The translations under genes and the position numbers were made by a program. The notes under the pieces were generated by a model, which had not been told where the DNA came from, did not search any database, and worked only from the letters and a program-made list of their open reading frames with translations. Below, piece by piece: positions 44,967 to 53,989 of a DNA stretch of 59,093 nucleotides. The stretch spans positions 1 through 59,093 of IMG/VR virus record IMGVR_UViG_3300017782_004064, one strand, 5' to 3'. How positions within the stretch are numbered: position 1 is the first letter of the stretch; the number at the start of each line of letters is the position of its first letter. This stretch comes from a virus (taxonomy: Duplodnaviria > Caudoviricetes).

Positions 44967-45253
44967 CTAAAGACACGAGCGAACCGACATCAATGTCTGT
45001 CAGTGAATTAGTTGCCGAGAGGGATTTGTTGAGAGAGGCTTTAGCATCTTTAGGTGATATGCATCTTGTTCAAGGCGATGTAGCTAAATTCAATAACCCT
45101 CATGCTAATGTTAACCTTAACACCTCGGCAGCTTGGATTGTTTGTAAGACTACCGAACGTTCTGCCCATAAAATTAGACGGATTTTACAGGATATTGAAT
45201 TTCTCCGCGCCGTCCAACTATCCGACCACATCAAACAACTGGAGGGGGAATGA
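44963..45253 (+). CDS. Hypothetical protein
   Basis: ATGA coupling. Confidence 0.6.
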   Translation: MTKDTSEPTSMSVSELVAERDLLREALASLGDMHLVQGDVAKFNNPHANVNLNTSAAWIVCKTTERSAHKIRRILQDIEFLRAVQLSDHIKQLEGE

Positions 45254-45576
45254 GTTTCTGGCCATTCAAGAAGAAAAGGCAAGAGCCTGAAATTGTTAAA
45301 GTCGGTTCGGTGTTTAACTTAACAAAAGCTAAATATCAAGTAGGTGGCGGCTGGGGCGACAGTATTAATATATCAAGTTACGAGGGCAAGAACCTTTGTG
45401 TACATGGTTGGAAGCAAGATTTGCCGCGAGTTGGTGACCTGCTTTTCTGTGAGTTTACTAAAGAATTCCGTAATTATATATTCACCAACGTTAGGCCATT
45501 TGCCGACCCGCCCGACATGTTCTCTGCTGATTTAATTGTTTATGAATATGCAACCAAGGAAACCGACCATGACTAA
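45250..45576 (+). CDS. Hypothetical protein
   Basis: GGAGG RBS; ATGA coupling. Confidence 0.65.
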   Translation: MSFWPFKKKRQEPEIVKVGSVFNLTKAKYQVGGGWGDSINISSYEGKNLCVHGWKQDLPRVGDLLFCEFTKEFRNYIFTNVRPFADPPDMFSADLIVYEYATKETDHD

Positions 45577-45799
45577 CCCAAAAGAACTGATTGAGATTGT
45601 GCGTGACGGAGCTGAAGCTATAAAATATAGGGGGGTTGAAATTCAGGAGCTATTTAACAACTACCCTAATGCAGAGTACGAGCATGGCAGGTTGATTAGA
45701 GAAGAAGCAAAAAGCATTCTTGAAGCACTAGACCAACTAGAAAAGCAGGTGGCCAGCATTACTGATACAGCAGCCAACAAACTAAAGGAGCAATCATGA
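45569..45799 (+). CDS. Hypothetical protein (start re-called)
   Basis: AAGGA RBS before MTNPKEL. Confidence 0.6.
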   Translation: MTNPKELIEIVRDGAEAIKYRGVEIQELFNNYPNAEYEHGRLIREEAKSILEALDQLEKQVASITDTAANKLKEQS

Positions 45800-46023
45800 A
45801 CTATAAAGCATTCGTTAGAGACAAATACAATAATGTCGAGCTAGTGCCTTGGTGGAAGGGGTTTGTTATGTTCTATTACGAACGCAACGAAACACTAGTA
45901 GCTCCTATTGGGTTCAATCTTATTTATCAATTAATTTATATCCTGTGGAGGCAATGTCGAAACGGCATGCAGAGCCAAGTACGTTTTGTAACAGAACAGG
46001 AGAAGTTAAGGAGTAAGGCATGA
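45796..46023 (+). CDS. Hypothetical protein
   Basis: AAGGAG RBS; ATGA coupling. Confidence 0.6.
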   Translation: MNYKAFVRDKYNNVELVPWWKGFVMFYYERNETLVAPIGFNLIYQLIYILWRQCRNGMQSQVRFVTEQEKLRSKA

Positions 46024-46202
46024 ACAATGAACAGCAACAGCAGACTATCATAGTCAAGGAGCAGGACAATCTATTCACCACCGCTACGGACGTTGTAGCT
46101 AAGCTGGACGGTTGGCAGCTAGTACTGACTATAGTCGTGGTAACGGCACTGGTGGGCGCAGCATTTGTGCTTGGTAAGAAATATGTTGGAGGTGGGGAAT
46201 GA
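46020..46202 (+). CDS. Small membrane protein
   Basis: One TM segment. Confidence 0.6.
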   Translation: MNNEQQQQTIIVKEQDNLFTTATDVVAKLDGWQLVLTIVVVTALVGAAFVLGKKYVGGGE

Positions 46203-46462
46203 GCGGCGGAAAATTTAATTATGTGCAAGATAATCTGCGCTATGTAGTAGAAGAATTAAAAGACCTAGCCGAAGGTAGGCCAGACGAGGACGGTGATACT
46301 TTCGAAATGGGAGAAGAGGCAAGGGAGCTGTTTATAGAGGCGGCACAAATAGTGTCGAAAGCAGCTATAGCGATCCATCGTTGCGATTGGTTCCTTAGTT
46401 ACGACGACGGCGAAGAGTCCTTCATTGAGCGCTGGAAAGAAGAAATGGGAGGTGGGGAATGA
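46199..46462 (+). CDS. Hypothetical protein flanked by 16-bp direct repeats
   Basis: MSGGKFNY...DWFLSYDDGEESF; GGAGGTGGGGAATGAG at both junctions. Confidence 0.7.
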   Translation: MSGGKFNYVQDNLRYVVEELKDLAEGRPDEDGDTFEMGEEARELFIEAAQIVSKAAIAIHRCDWFLSYDDGEESFIERWKEEMGGGE

Positions 46463-46953
46463 GTGAGATTTACCTTATATCCGACACCCATTTTGGACAC
46501 AGGAATATTATTGAGTACGAAAAAGAGTTTCGCCCATTCTCTACTATAGAGGAGCATGACGAAGCACTCATAGATTATTGGAATGAAACGGTAACACCTC
46601 AAGATATAGTCTATCACCTCGGCGACTTTGCTTTCGGCAAACGCAACGTACCGATAGCTGAGAAACTCAATGGCAATAAACACCTCATTATGGGGAATCA
46701 TGACATATACGGCGTAAGAACATATCTTGAATATTTTGATAAGGTCTACCCATGCAAGATATTAGAGCGCTGCCTATTAACGCATATTCCTATCCACCCT
46801 GTAAGTCTCGGTAGATACACTGCTAATGTGCATGGTCACTTACACCATAAAGAATCACCAGAAGGAAATTACGTGAATGTATCATGTGAACAAACAGATT
46901 TAAGGCCTATCCCTTTTGACGAAATATATAACCGATTAAAGGTCAGTCAATGA
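46459..46953 (+). CDS. Calcineurin-like metallophosphoesterase
   Basis: SDTHFGH, HLGD, GNHD, THIP, HGHLH. Confidence 0.9.
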   Translation: MSEIYLISDTHFGHRNIIEYEKEFRPFSTIEEHDEALIDYWNETVTPQDIVYHLGDFAFGKRNVPIAEKLNGNKHLIMGNHDIYGVRTYLEYFDKVYPCKILERCLLTHIPIHPVSLGRYTANVHGHLHHKESPEGNYVNVSCEQTDLRPIPFDEIYNRLKVSQ

Positions 46954-47432
46954 GTAAGCCCCTACAATTACCCACACCAGACGAAGTACCTACTGTGCAA
47001 GAGCACTTAACCCACATACATGACGAGATTGACAAGATGACCTTAATAAGAAACGCAATAAAAACCCCTGACGGCACTGTGTTAGAGAGCCTGCACAGAC
47101 ACGACTACCGAGAGCACCTAGATACTATCAGTAATAGACTCTACATGGTAGATGGCGGACTAGACTACTTACGCCGTTCTGCTCACGGAGATGAGATAGA
47201 GCTTTCACTCACAACTGAAGAGCCACACTCTGTCCAGAGACGCTTCTTAAAGTGGGGAACTTACGGGAAGTCTGGCAAGGATCGCTTAAAGTATCTCCCG
47301 ATAGCCGAGATGGAGACAGATCACATACTAGCGGTCTTACGAGAATGCCAAACATCAGAAGTTCTTGCCAGCTGCATGCGTAAAGAGCTTTCTTACCGTT
47401 CAGCAGGCATTGCCGAGACAGGAATCGGATAA
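46950..47432 (+). CDS. Conserved phage protein
   Basis: LESLHRHDY, VDGGLDYLRR, WGTYGKSG. Confidence 0.65.
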   Translation: MSKPLQLPTPDEVPTVQEHLTHIHDEIDKMTLIRNAIKTPDGTVLESLHRHDYREHLDTISNRLYMVDGGLDYLRRSAHGDEIELSLTTEEPHSVQRRFLKWGTYGKSGKDRLKYLPIAEMETDHILAVLRECQTSEVLASCMRKELSYRSAGIAETGIG

Positions 47433-47433
47433 T

Positions 47434-47709
47434 ATGCTTACCTACATACTCACATTATACCTCTTTATGCACAACCCTCTCGCAGAATCCCTTGACAAGC
47501 AATATCTGCAAATGAAGGATCCTGTAGAGATGCGCTTTAAGACCGCTAAAGAGTGCCGAGCAGCCGAGCAGGCTGTCTATTTAGACACTGTCAAGTTCTC
47601 AGACGGCAGAGTAGCCATTATAGTGCCTTCCTGCAGAGCTGTGAAGGAGTATTTAGTGAATGCTGCCCCTGAGGAGCTCCGTGAGACGCCTTCTAGCACT
47701 GTCTGGTAG
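47434..47709 (+). CDS. Putative exported/membrane protein (start re-called)
   Basis: Hydrophobic N-terminus MLTYILTLYLF. Confidence 0.5.
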   Translation: MLTYILTLYLFMHNPLAESLDKQYLQMKDPVEMRFKTAKECRAAEQAVYLDTVKFSDGRVAIIVPSCRAVKEYLVNAAPEELRETPSSTVW

Positions 47710-48013
47710 TTACCTAGCTATTTGTATACTACTTCTCTCTGTGAGCTCCTGTAAAGGACTAGTCTACAGAGATCCTAGCAAGTGCTGGGCGGGTAGTTGC
47801 TTGCTAAAGCCGGAGAATTGGAGTAAGTGCTATCAAGAATGTACTTGTGGTTGCTGGGCAGAGGAATTTAATAAGTATGCAGGCTATATGAACAGCTATG
47901 AGCATCGGTATTATTCGTCTATTTACACCAGAATGTCCTTGACAGGTGAATTGGAAAAGCTTACTATGGAAAAAGAAAAGCGAAAGAAAGAACACTTAAA
48001 CAAATACAAATAG
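47660..48013 (+). CDS. Putative Cys-rich lipoprotein
   Basis: AAGGAG RBS; basic N-terminus, hydrophobic stretch, VSSC lipobox-like. Confidence 0.5.
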   Translation: MLPLRSSVRRLLALSGSYLAICILLLSVSSCKGLVYRDPSKCWAGSCLLKPENWSKCYQECTCGCWAEEFNKYAGYMNSYEHRYYSSIYTRMSLTGELEKLTMEKEKRKKEHLNKYK

Positions 48014-48032
48014 CCTTTGGGGAGATTAATAT

Positions 48033-48194
48033 ATGCAAGATTTCTATAAGTCCGTTGAGCAGACGCTAAATCAGCTCATTTACGATGTTGAGAGTACCTT
48101 ACCAGACCCTTCCTTAGAGGAAGAGAACTGCTGGGAGAAGCTCTTAGAGGCTAGGTTCTGGATAGCCGAATGTATAAACACTGAAGGAGAATAA
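48033..48194 (+). CDS. 53-aa helical hairpin protein, possibly Acb2/Tad1-like (not in ORF track)
   Basis: GGGGAG RBS; LP.PS.E.....KLLEARFW...I. Confidence 0.5.
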   Translation: MQDFYKSVEQTLNQLIYDVESTLPDPSLEEENCWEKLLEARFWIAECINTEGE

Positions 48195-48196
48195 TT

Positions 48197-48412
48197 ATGA
48201 ATGATTTTGTATTTATAGCGATTGGCATACTTGTCATGTCCGTTTTTTCAGGGCTCTTGTCAGTAATGTCCTTTAATGTAGGCAGGGATGTAGTCTGTAA
48301 AGAGGCCTATGAGAGTAGTGTAATACTACTGACCTGCGATGAAAGTGATTATTCTTTCAAAGAAGACTTGACAAAAGAAGACTTACAGATGATAATTAAC
48401 TTAGACGATTAA
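48197..48412 (+). CDS. Small membrane protein
   Basis: N-terminal TM; AAGGAG RBS. Confidence 0.6.
   Translation: MNDFVFIAIGILVMSVFSGLLSVMSFNVGRDVVCKEAYESSVILLTCDESDYSFKEDLTKEDLQMIINLDD
48368..48396 (+). promoter_or_regulatory. Sigma70 promoter upstream of the SSB gene
   Basis: TTGACA-17-GATAAT. Confidence 0.6.
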
Positions 48413-48427
48413 CCAAAGGAGAATAAA

Positions 48428-49225
48428 ATGGAAGTAACTAATAGATTCACTAACTACAGTACGCCACCTTGCGAGGTAATTACGTACATTAAAGGAAAGT
48501 TTGTTGAGGAAGGCTCTAAGAAGAATGTCTCTCAAGCAATCATTGTGCGCATGAAGACGGAAGATGCCGAGAAGTTCATTGCACCTTTCCATGCCGCTAT
48601 GGAGGGCGTTAAGCAAAACTACATTGATGATGCTGTCACTCCTAAGCAGAAGAAGAAGGCTGAAGAGATCAAGCTTTCAGAGAAGCTACGAGAGCCTCGG
48701 GAAGTAGAAGACGGCTACCTAGAAGATACTGGCTACGTGCATATTGCTTTCAACCAAAGCGCTAACAAGGCAGTCCCTGTCAAGAACGTTAAAGGCGACA
48801 TTGTTAATGCCAACGCTGAAGAGTTCCGCTTTACTGGAGTCCGTGAATACACTAACCGCGAGAAGGTTGATGGCGAGTGGACAGATTGTGAATGGAAAGA
48901 GGTTGATGAAGAGTACGCTCACGGTGGAGACACTGTCATGTTAGGCTTTACAGCACGAGTTCCTGATGAGCTGTTTAATGACAAGGTTGCTTGCCCATTC
49001 TACTTGAAAGAAGTAATCCTAGTGAAGCGTGCAGATGTAGCACAGTCTAGCGGCTCTGGCGAGGGCGGCTCTACTGGTGGCGGTTTTAACTATGCAGATG
49101 TCTCTGACATTGCTGACGAGGACGTTGAAGTCTCTGAAGAAGCAATTGAAGATGTTCTGGATGATGACCTTCCTGATGAGCTAAAAGGCGAGGCTCCTAA
49201 AAAGAAGGCTGCTAATCAGTTTTAA
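48428..49225 (+). CDS. Single-stranded DNA-binding protein (T7 gp2.5-like)
   Basis: Gly linker + acidic tail ending in Phe; upstream of primase-helicase. Confidence 0.65.
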   Translation: MEVTNRFTNYSTPPCEVITYIKGKFVEEGSKKNVSQAIIVRMKTEDAEKFIAPFHAAMEGVKQNYIDDAVTPKQKKKAEEIKLSEKLREPREVEDGYLEDTGYVHIAFNQSANKAVPVKNVKGDIVNANAEEFRFTGVREYTNREKVDGEWTDCEWKEVDEEYAHGGDTVMLGFTARVPDELFNDKVACPFYLKEVILVKRADVAQSSGSGEGGSTGGGFNYADVSDIADEDVEVSEEAIEDVLDDDLPDELKGEAPKKKAANQF

Positions 49226-49230
49226 CGATA

Positions 49231-49302
49231 TGCGGGGAGTCGTCTATATAGTAGGACGGTGGGTCGCCCCCATTAAGGAGATGCAAGCGCTTCCTCCCCG
49301 CA
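49231..49302 (+). ncRNA. tRNA-like cloverleaf lacking a canonical anticodon loop and CCA
   Basis: TGCGGGGAG/CTCCCCGCA; GTCT/GGAC; GTGGG-TCGCC-CCCAT; GGAGA-TGCAAGC-GCTTC. Confidence 0.6.
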
Positions 49303-49328
49303 CTTCAACTAACAGAAGGACTAAAAAG

Positions 49329-49469
49329 ATGCGTAAACTGCAAAATATAATTGATGGATGTAAGCTGGCAGGTTTCTGGTTTGCTGCTGCGGGTATTTTA
49401 CTTATACTCGGCTGGCTAACAATGGTTGGAGTAACGTCTTTACTTAATTACTTCGGAACGGCTATATAG
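49329..49469 (+). CDS. Small membrane protein (start re-called)
   Basis: AAGGA RBS before MRKLQN; one TM segment. Confidence 0.6.
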   Translation: MRKLQNIIDGCKLAGFWFAAAGILLILGWLTMVGVTSLLNYFGTAI

Positions 49470-51157
49470 TGTTAGCTGCCAGATATCCCTGCCCAGCATG
49501 CAACTCTAGTGATAATCTCACACTTTACGGGGATGGTCATTGGTATTGCTTTACGGTAGGCTGCGAAGCTAAGATATCTAAAAAGCACTTCTCGCAGGTA
49601 GCTCCTGCCAAGGTGGAGTCCGAGGCGTATCTTGCAGCGGCTCTAGAAGAGCTTGATTTAAAAAAAGGAGGAACAAGAACAATGAGTAAGCCAGCTAAAG
49701 AGTATAAGTTCTTGAAAGGTGTTACCCAGGAACTAGAAGCGAGAGGAATCTCAGAAGATACCTGTCGAAAGTATAACTATCAGTGCGGGACTTACAAGGA
49801 TAATCCCTGTCAGATCGAGAACTACTATGATAAGGATCGGCAGCTAATCGGTCAGAAGCTGAAGTTCAACAGAGAAACTGCTAAGACCCCTTATATGACG
49901 ATAGGTACTGTTGATGATCTTTTTGGCAAGCATCTCTTTAAGATAGGCGGCAGAAGCATTGTCATCACTGAGGGAGCTATTGACTGCATGTCTCTGGCAG
50001 AAGTTCAAGGCTGTAAGTTCCCAGTAGTAAGTATTCCTAACGGGGCAGATGCTGCCAAGAAATGCTTAGAGAAGAACCATGATTGGCTGACAAGCAACTT
50101 TGAAACTATTGTCTTGATGTTCGATATGGACAAAGCTGGAAGGAAGGCTGTAGAGTCTTGTGCTCCACTGTTTACCACCTCGCAGCTAAAGATTGCAGAG
50201 CTACCTGCCAAGGACGCTAACGAGATGCTGACTACAGGGCGTGGCAAGGAGCTCTTGAGAGCTTACTTTGAAGCTAAGCCTTATAAGCTTGATTCTATCC
50301 TGCAGCCTTCAGAGATCACTATTGACCTCACTAAAAAGCGAGAATACGGGGAGTCCTACCCTTGGCCTACCTTGACAGAACTCTCTTACGGCATGCGTGA
50401 TAGCCAGTTTAATATGTGGCTTGGAGGGACAGGCATGGGCAAGACTACTATGTTTAAGCAGATCATTGCTGATAGAGTAACCTCTGGAGACAATGTTGGG
50501 ATCTTTCTAATGGAAGACCAGCCTGAAGACTCACTGTTGAGCCTAGCTGGAATGGTGGCTGGCAAGCGATTTGATAGTCCAGAGTTCCCTTTCGAGATGG
50601 CAGAGGCAGAGGCGGCTATCAAGCATATTCAAAAGCATGATAATCTGTATATTGGAGACAACTTCTTAAGTAGTGACATAAATGCAATGTTTAACAGTAT
50701 CCGTTTCATGGCAACTGCCTGTGGCTGTAAGTATATCTTCATTGATCACCTGACAACTCTCATAGACGGCCAGTCTGACGAGCTTCAGTTCACTAAGAAA
50801 TTATGTAAGGATATTGCGGGGTTACGAGAAGAGCTTAAAGTACATATTGAGTGCATTAGCCACATCCGTAAGAACGATAACAGTAAGGGAGCTGTTGAGG
50901 CTGGAGGAGATTACACGCTAGACAGCATCCAAGGAGGTGCTGCCCTTAAGCAGTACTGTAATAACATCTTTGGCATTAAAAAGAAGAAAGATGGCGAACT
51001 TAACGAGGGCTTCATTGAAGTCATGAAAGCAAGAGATGCTGGACATAACGTCGGAAAAAAGGTATACTTTAGATTCTTTCCTGAAAAAGGACTTACTATC
51101 GAGCAGGGGGAAGAAGGTTTTGATTATGATTTAACAGTAGTAGGAGAAAAAGCGTGA
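49469..51157 (+). CDS. DNA primase-helicase (T7 gp4-like)
   Basis: CPAC...CFTVGC zinc domain, ITEGAID, FDMDKAG, KDANE, GTGMGKTT, IDHL. Confidence 0.92.
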   Translation: MLAARYPCPACNSSDNLTLYGDGHWYCFTVGCEAKISKKHFSQVAPAKVESEAYLAAALEELDLKKGGTRTMSKPAKEYKFLKGVTQELEARGISEDTCRKYNYQCGTYKDNPCQIENYYDKDRQLIGQKLKFNRETAKTPYMTIGTVDDLFGKHLFKIGGRSIVITEGAIDCMSLAEVQGCKFPVVSIPNGADAAKKCLEKNHDWLTSNFETIVLMFDMDKAGRKAVESCAPLFTTSQLKIAELPAKDANEMLTTGRGKELLRAYFEAKPYKLDSILQPSEITIDLTKKREYGESYPWPTLTELSYGMRDSQFNMWLGGTGMGKTTMFKQIIADRVTSGDNVGIFLMEDQPEDSLLSLAGMVAGKRFDSPEFPFEMAEAEAAIKHIQKHDNLYIGDNFLSSDINAMFNSIRFMATACGCKYIFIDHLTTLIDGQSDELQFTKKLCKDIAGLREELKVHIECISHIRKNDNSKGAVEAGGDYTLDSIQGGAALKQYCNNIFGIKKKKDGELNEGFIEVMKARDAGHNVGKKVYFRFFPEKGLTIEQGEEGFDYDLTVVGEKA

Positions 51158-51357
51158 ATAAAGAACGAGAAGTAATTATCCCGTACAGTGCGCTCCGTAA
51201 GCTGGCCTATGATAGCTTCACTTTAAAGCTGCTTAACATTCCACGGCTTGAGAGCTTAGGTCTATTTGAAGACATTTTCGGAGAGGACTTTTCTTTTCCG
51301 TCTGAGAAGGAAGTTGATTTAGAGATATCACAATATGTGAGGTTAGAAGATGATTAA
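51154..51357 (+). CDS. Hypothetical protein
   Basis: AGGAG RBS; GTGA coupling. Confidence 0.55.
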   Translation: MNKEREVIIPYSALRKLAYDSFTLKLLNIPRLESLGLFEDIFGEDFSFPSEKEVDLEISQYVRLEDD

Positions 51358-51655
51358 AATAGCGTACCATAGCCCAGAGTCAGAATACATCCTAATAGAG
51401 ACTGATTACTATTACGTAACTTTAATGAAGCTTACAGTGGGCGATAGCTACCGTGCCAGCGCTATTGATAAGCGTGACGGCTACCTAGAGTGGGAGGCAG
51501 ACTACTCCCCTGCCAAATATAGCTTTACAGAGGCTCTTGATGACTTCCTTACGAAGTACTGCCAAGAGAAAGGTTTCCAGGACGGATTTGAAAGCTATTC
51601 GCATTGGGGTCTTTTCGCAACTGACTATAACACCGATTCTGACGTAATTAAATGA
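51350..51655 (+). CDS. Hypothetical protein
   Basis: GAGG RBS. Confidence 0.6.
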   Translation: MIKIAYHSPESEYILIETDYYYVTLMKLTVGDSYRASAIDKRDGYLEWEADYSPAKYSFTEALDDFLTKYCQEKGFQDGFESYSHWGLFATDYNTDSDVIK

Positions 51656-51840
51656 AAGAAGTCACTATCATACAGCACGGTAAGGACGGCTTCACAGTGA
51701 AGTGGAAGAGTGCTGACAGTGGCGAAGAGAAGACTAAACATTTCAATCAAGTGCATTTACTGCCTCACTTCCTAATGGAGCTAGAGCTGAATTGCCAGAT
51801 GAGACGAGAACAAGTAACTATTAAGAAAGTAGGCTGGTAA
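51652..51840 (+). CDS. Hypothetical protein
   Basis: Coupled to both neighbours. Confidence 0.55.
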   Translation: MKEVTIIQHGKDGFTVKWKSADSGEEKTKHFNQVHLLPHFLMELELNCQMRREQVTIKKVGW

Positions 51841-53984
51841 TGAGGCTAGTAGTAGATTTAGAGACAGATGGCCTTTTGCCTGAGCTAACCAAAATACACT
51901 GTATAGCGGCACAAGATCCAGAGACGCTGAAGAGGTACGGTTTCACGACAGACGACTCTGATGAGTATGGTTCTATCGAGGAAGGGATTGAGTTTCTAAA
52001 GACAGCGGACTGCTTGATAGCTCACAATGGAGTTAACTTTGATTTCGAGGTGTTTCGTAAGCTATATGACTGGTATCCAGAGAATACTATCGACACAATT
52101 GTCCTCTCACAGCTGATTAAGTCTGACATTAAAGATTCCGATTTCCAGTATTTTAATCTTCCACTGCATGATGACCAGAAGATGCCTGGCAAGTACCTAG
52201 GAAGCCATGCCTTGGCAGCATGGGGCTACCGCTTGAAAGAGCATAAGGGAGACTACGGAGTTGATGAGGACGGTAAGCCGATAGAAGGCTGCTGGGAAAC
52301 CTTCAGTGCCGAGATGATGAAGTATTGTGTTCAAGATACCTACATTACAGTGAAGCTGTTAAAGCTGTTAGAAGCACGAAATTACTCAAAGCAGGCTATC
52401 GAGCTGGAGCATGATGTTGCTCGCATACTACAGAAACAGGAAAAGACGGGAGTATACTTCAACAAAGCTAAGGCTGAAGAGCTCTACTCGACGTTAGCTG
52501 GCAGACGCCAGGAAATCAAGGACACCTTGCGAGCTAAGTACAAAGGGAAGAAGATTCCTATGAAGACTCCGCAATACTATACAGCAGAGCTTTACCTAGG
52601 CGATGAAGAGCACATCCTAAAAGGCGCTACTAAAAAGAAAGTGGAAGAGCAGCTGCGCAAACTGAAGGCATCTAATAAGGAGCGTCTAGGCAATGTTACT
52701 TTCAAGAAACTCTTTGATTTAATTGAGACAGGGCCTATTAAGATTAAGGAAGTAAATTTCAATCCCGCATCTAGACAGCAGATTGGAGTAGTCCTTCAAG
52801 AATACCACGGATGGAAGCCTAAAGAGTTTACTGATACTGGCCAGCCTAAGATTGACGAGACTGTTCTTGAAGGCCTACCTTACGAGGAAGCTAAGTTGTT
52901 TAATGAGTATTTGCTTATTCAGAAGCGGATTGGAATGGTCTGTGAAGGGACTCACTCATGGCTTAACCACTGTAAAGAGGATAACCGGATTCATGGTCGC
53001 ATGAAGCACAACGGAGCAGTGACTGGAAGAGGAACACATTCTAGCCCTAACCTAGGACAAGTGCCAGCTGCATATAGCCCTTACGGTGTGGAGTGCCGAG
53101 AAATGTTTACAGTCCCCGAAGGCTATGTCCTAGTTGGTTCTGATGCGTCAGGCTTAGAGCTTCGCTGCTTAGCGAATTACTTAAAGCTGTACGACGGCGG
53201 AGTCTACGAGAAGGCGGCTTGCTACGGCACTAAAGAAGAAGGCACTGATGTGCACACTATTAATCAGCACTCAGCAGAGCTTGAATCAAGAGACCTTGCT
53301 AAGAAGTTTATTTACACATGGCTCTATGGAGGAGGCAACTATAAGATTGGTCTTACAGTAGGTGTTACTGATGAGGACATTGCAGAGGCTAGAGAGACTC
53401 ACCAGCGCATGGTAGAGTTCCAGAAAGATGGCGGTAAGTTATACGGAGTTCCAGAATACGCTCTACTGGGAAAGGCACTCTATTACTTCAAGATGCAGAA
53501 CGAAACGGCTATCAAGCAGAAGAGACAGCCAAAGCGCTATGACGTTAAGGATTGGGCAGCGTGGATCAAAGGCTACACACTTAAAGAGAAGTTCTTGGCA
53601 GCTAACCCTGCAATTAACGAGCTCAGGACGGCTGTAGAGGAGGCTGTAGAGGAAAGAGGCTTCTTAGAGGGGCTTGATGGGCGAGAGTTACACATTAGGT
53701 CTGCTTATGCGGCTCTGAATACGTTACTACAGTCCGCTGGTGCTATTATTTGTAAGCAGTGGATGGTGCAGGTTAACAAGGAGATTGACCGTAGAGGGCT
53801 TGACGCTAAGCAGGTACTCTGGGTACATGACGAACTACAAATTGAATCTCACAAGGACTGTGCAGAAGAAGTTGCCAAGATCTGTGAGGAGGAAATGAAA
53901 ACAGTGGGAGAGAAGTTTTTGCACTGGGATTGCCCTTTAGAAGCTGAGGCTGAAATTGGAGCTACCTGGGCAGAGACTCACTAG
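51840..53984 (+). CDS. DNA polymerase family A (T7 gp5-like, Tyr at the 762-equivalent site)
   Basis: DLETDG, HNGVNFD, YCVQD, DASGLELR, AKKFIYTWLYG, NTLLQSAG, VHDE. Confidence 0.95.
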   Translation: MRLVVDLETDGLLPELTKIHCIAAQDPETLKRYGFTTDDSDEYGSIEEGIEFLKTADCLIAHNGVNFDFEVFRKLYDWYPENTIDTIVLSQLIKSDIKDSDFQYFNLPLHDDQKMPGKYLGSHALAAWGYRLKEHKGDYGVDEDGKPIEGCWETFSAEMMKYCVQDTYITVKLLKLLEARNYSKQAIELEHDVARILQKQEKTGVYFNKAKAEELYSTLAGRRQEIKDTLRAKYKGKKIPMKTPQYYTAELYLGDEEHILKGATKKKVEEQLRKLKASNKERLGNVTFKKLFDLIETGPIKIKEVNFNPASRQQIGVVLQEYHGWKPKEFTDTGQPKIDETVLEGLPYEEAKLFNEYLLIQKRIGMVCEGTHSWLNHCKEDNRIHGRMKHNGAVTGRGTHSSPNLGQVPAAYSPYGVECREMFTVPEGYVLVGSDASGLELRCLANYLKLYDGGVYEKAACYGTKEEGTDVHTINQHSAELESRDLAKKFIYTWLYGGGNYKIGLTVGVTDEDIAEARETHQRMVEFQKDGGKLYGVPEYALLGKALYYFKMQNETAIKQKRQPKRYDVKDWAAWIKGYTLKEKFLAANPAINELRTAVEEAVEERGFLEGLDGRELHIRSAYAALNTLLQSAGAIICKQWMVQVNKEIDRRGLDAKQVLWVHDELQIESHKDCAEEVAKICEEEMKTVGEKFLHWDCPLEAEAEIGATWAETH

Positions 53985-53989
53985 TACAT

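Noticed and set aside
49230-49328. N-terminal extension of the 79-aa ORF
   Set aside because: Coincides with the tRNA-like structure; a better RBS precedes the ATG at 49329.
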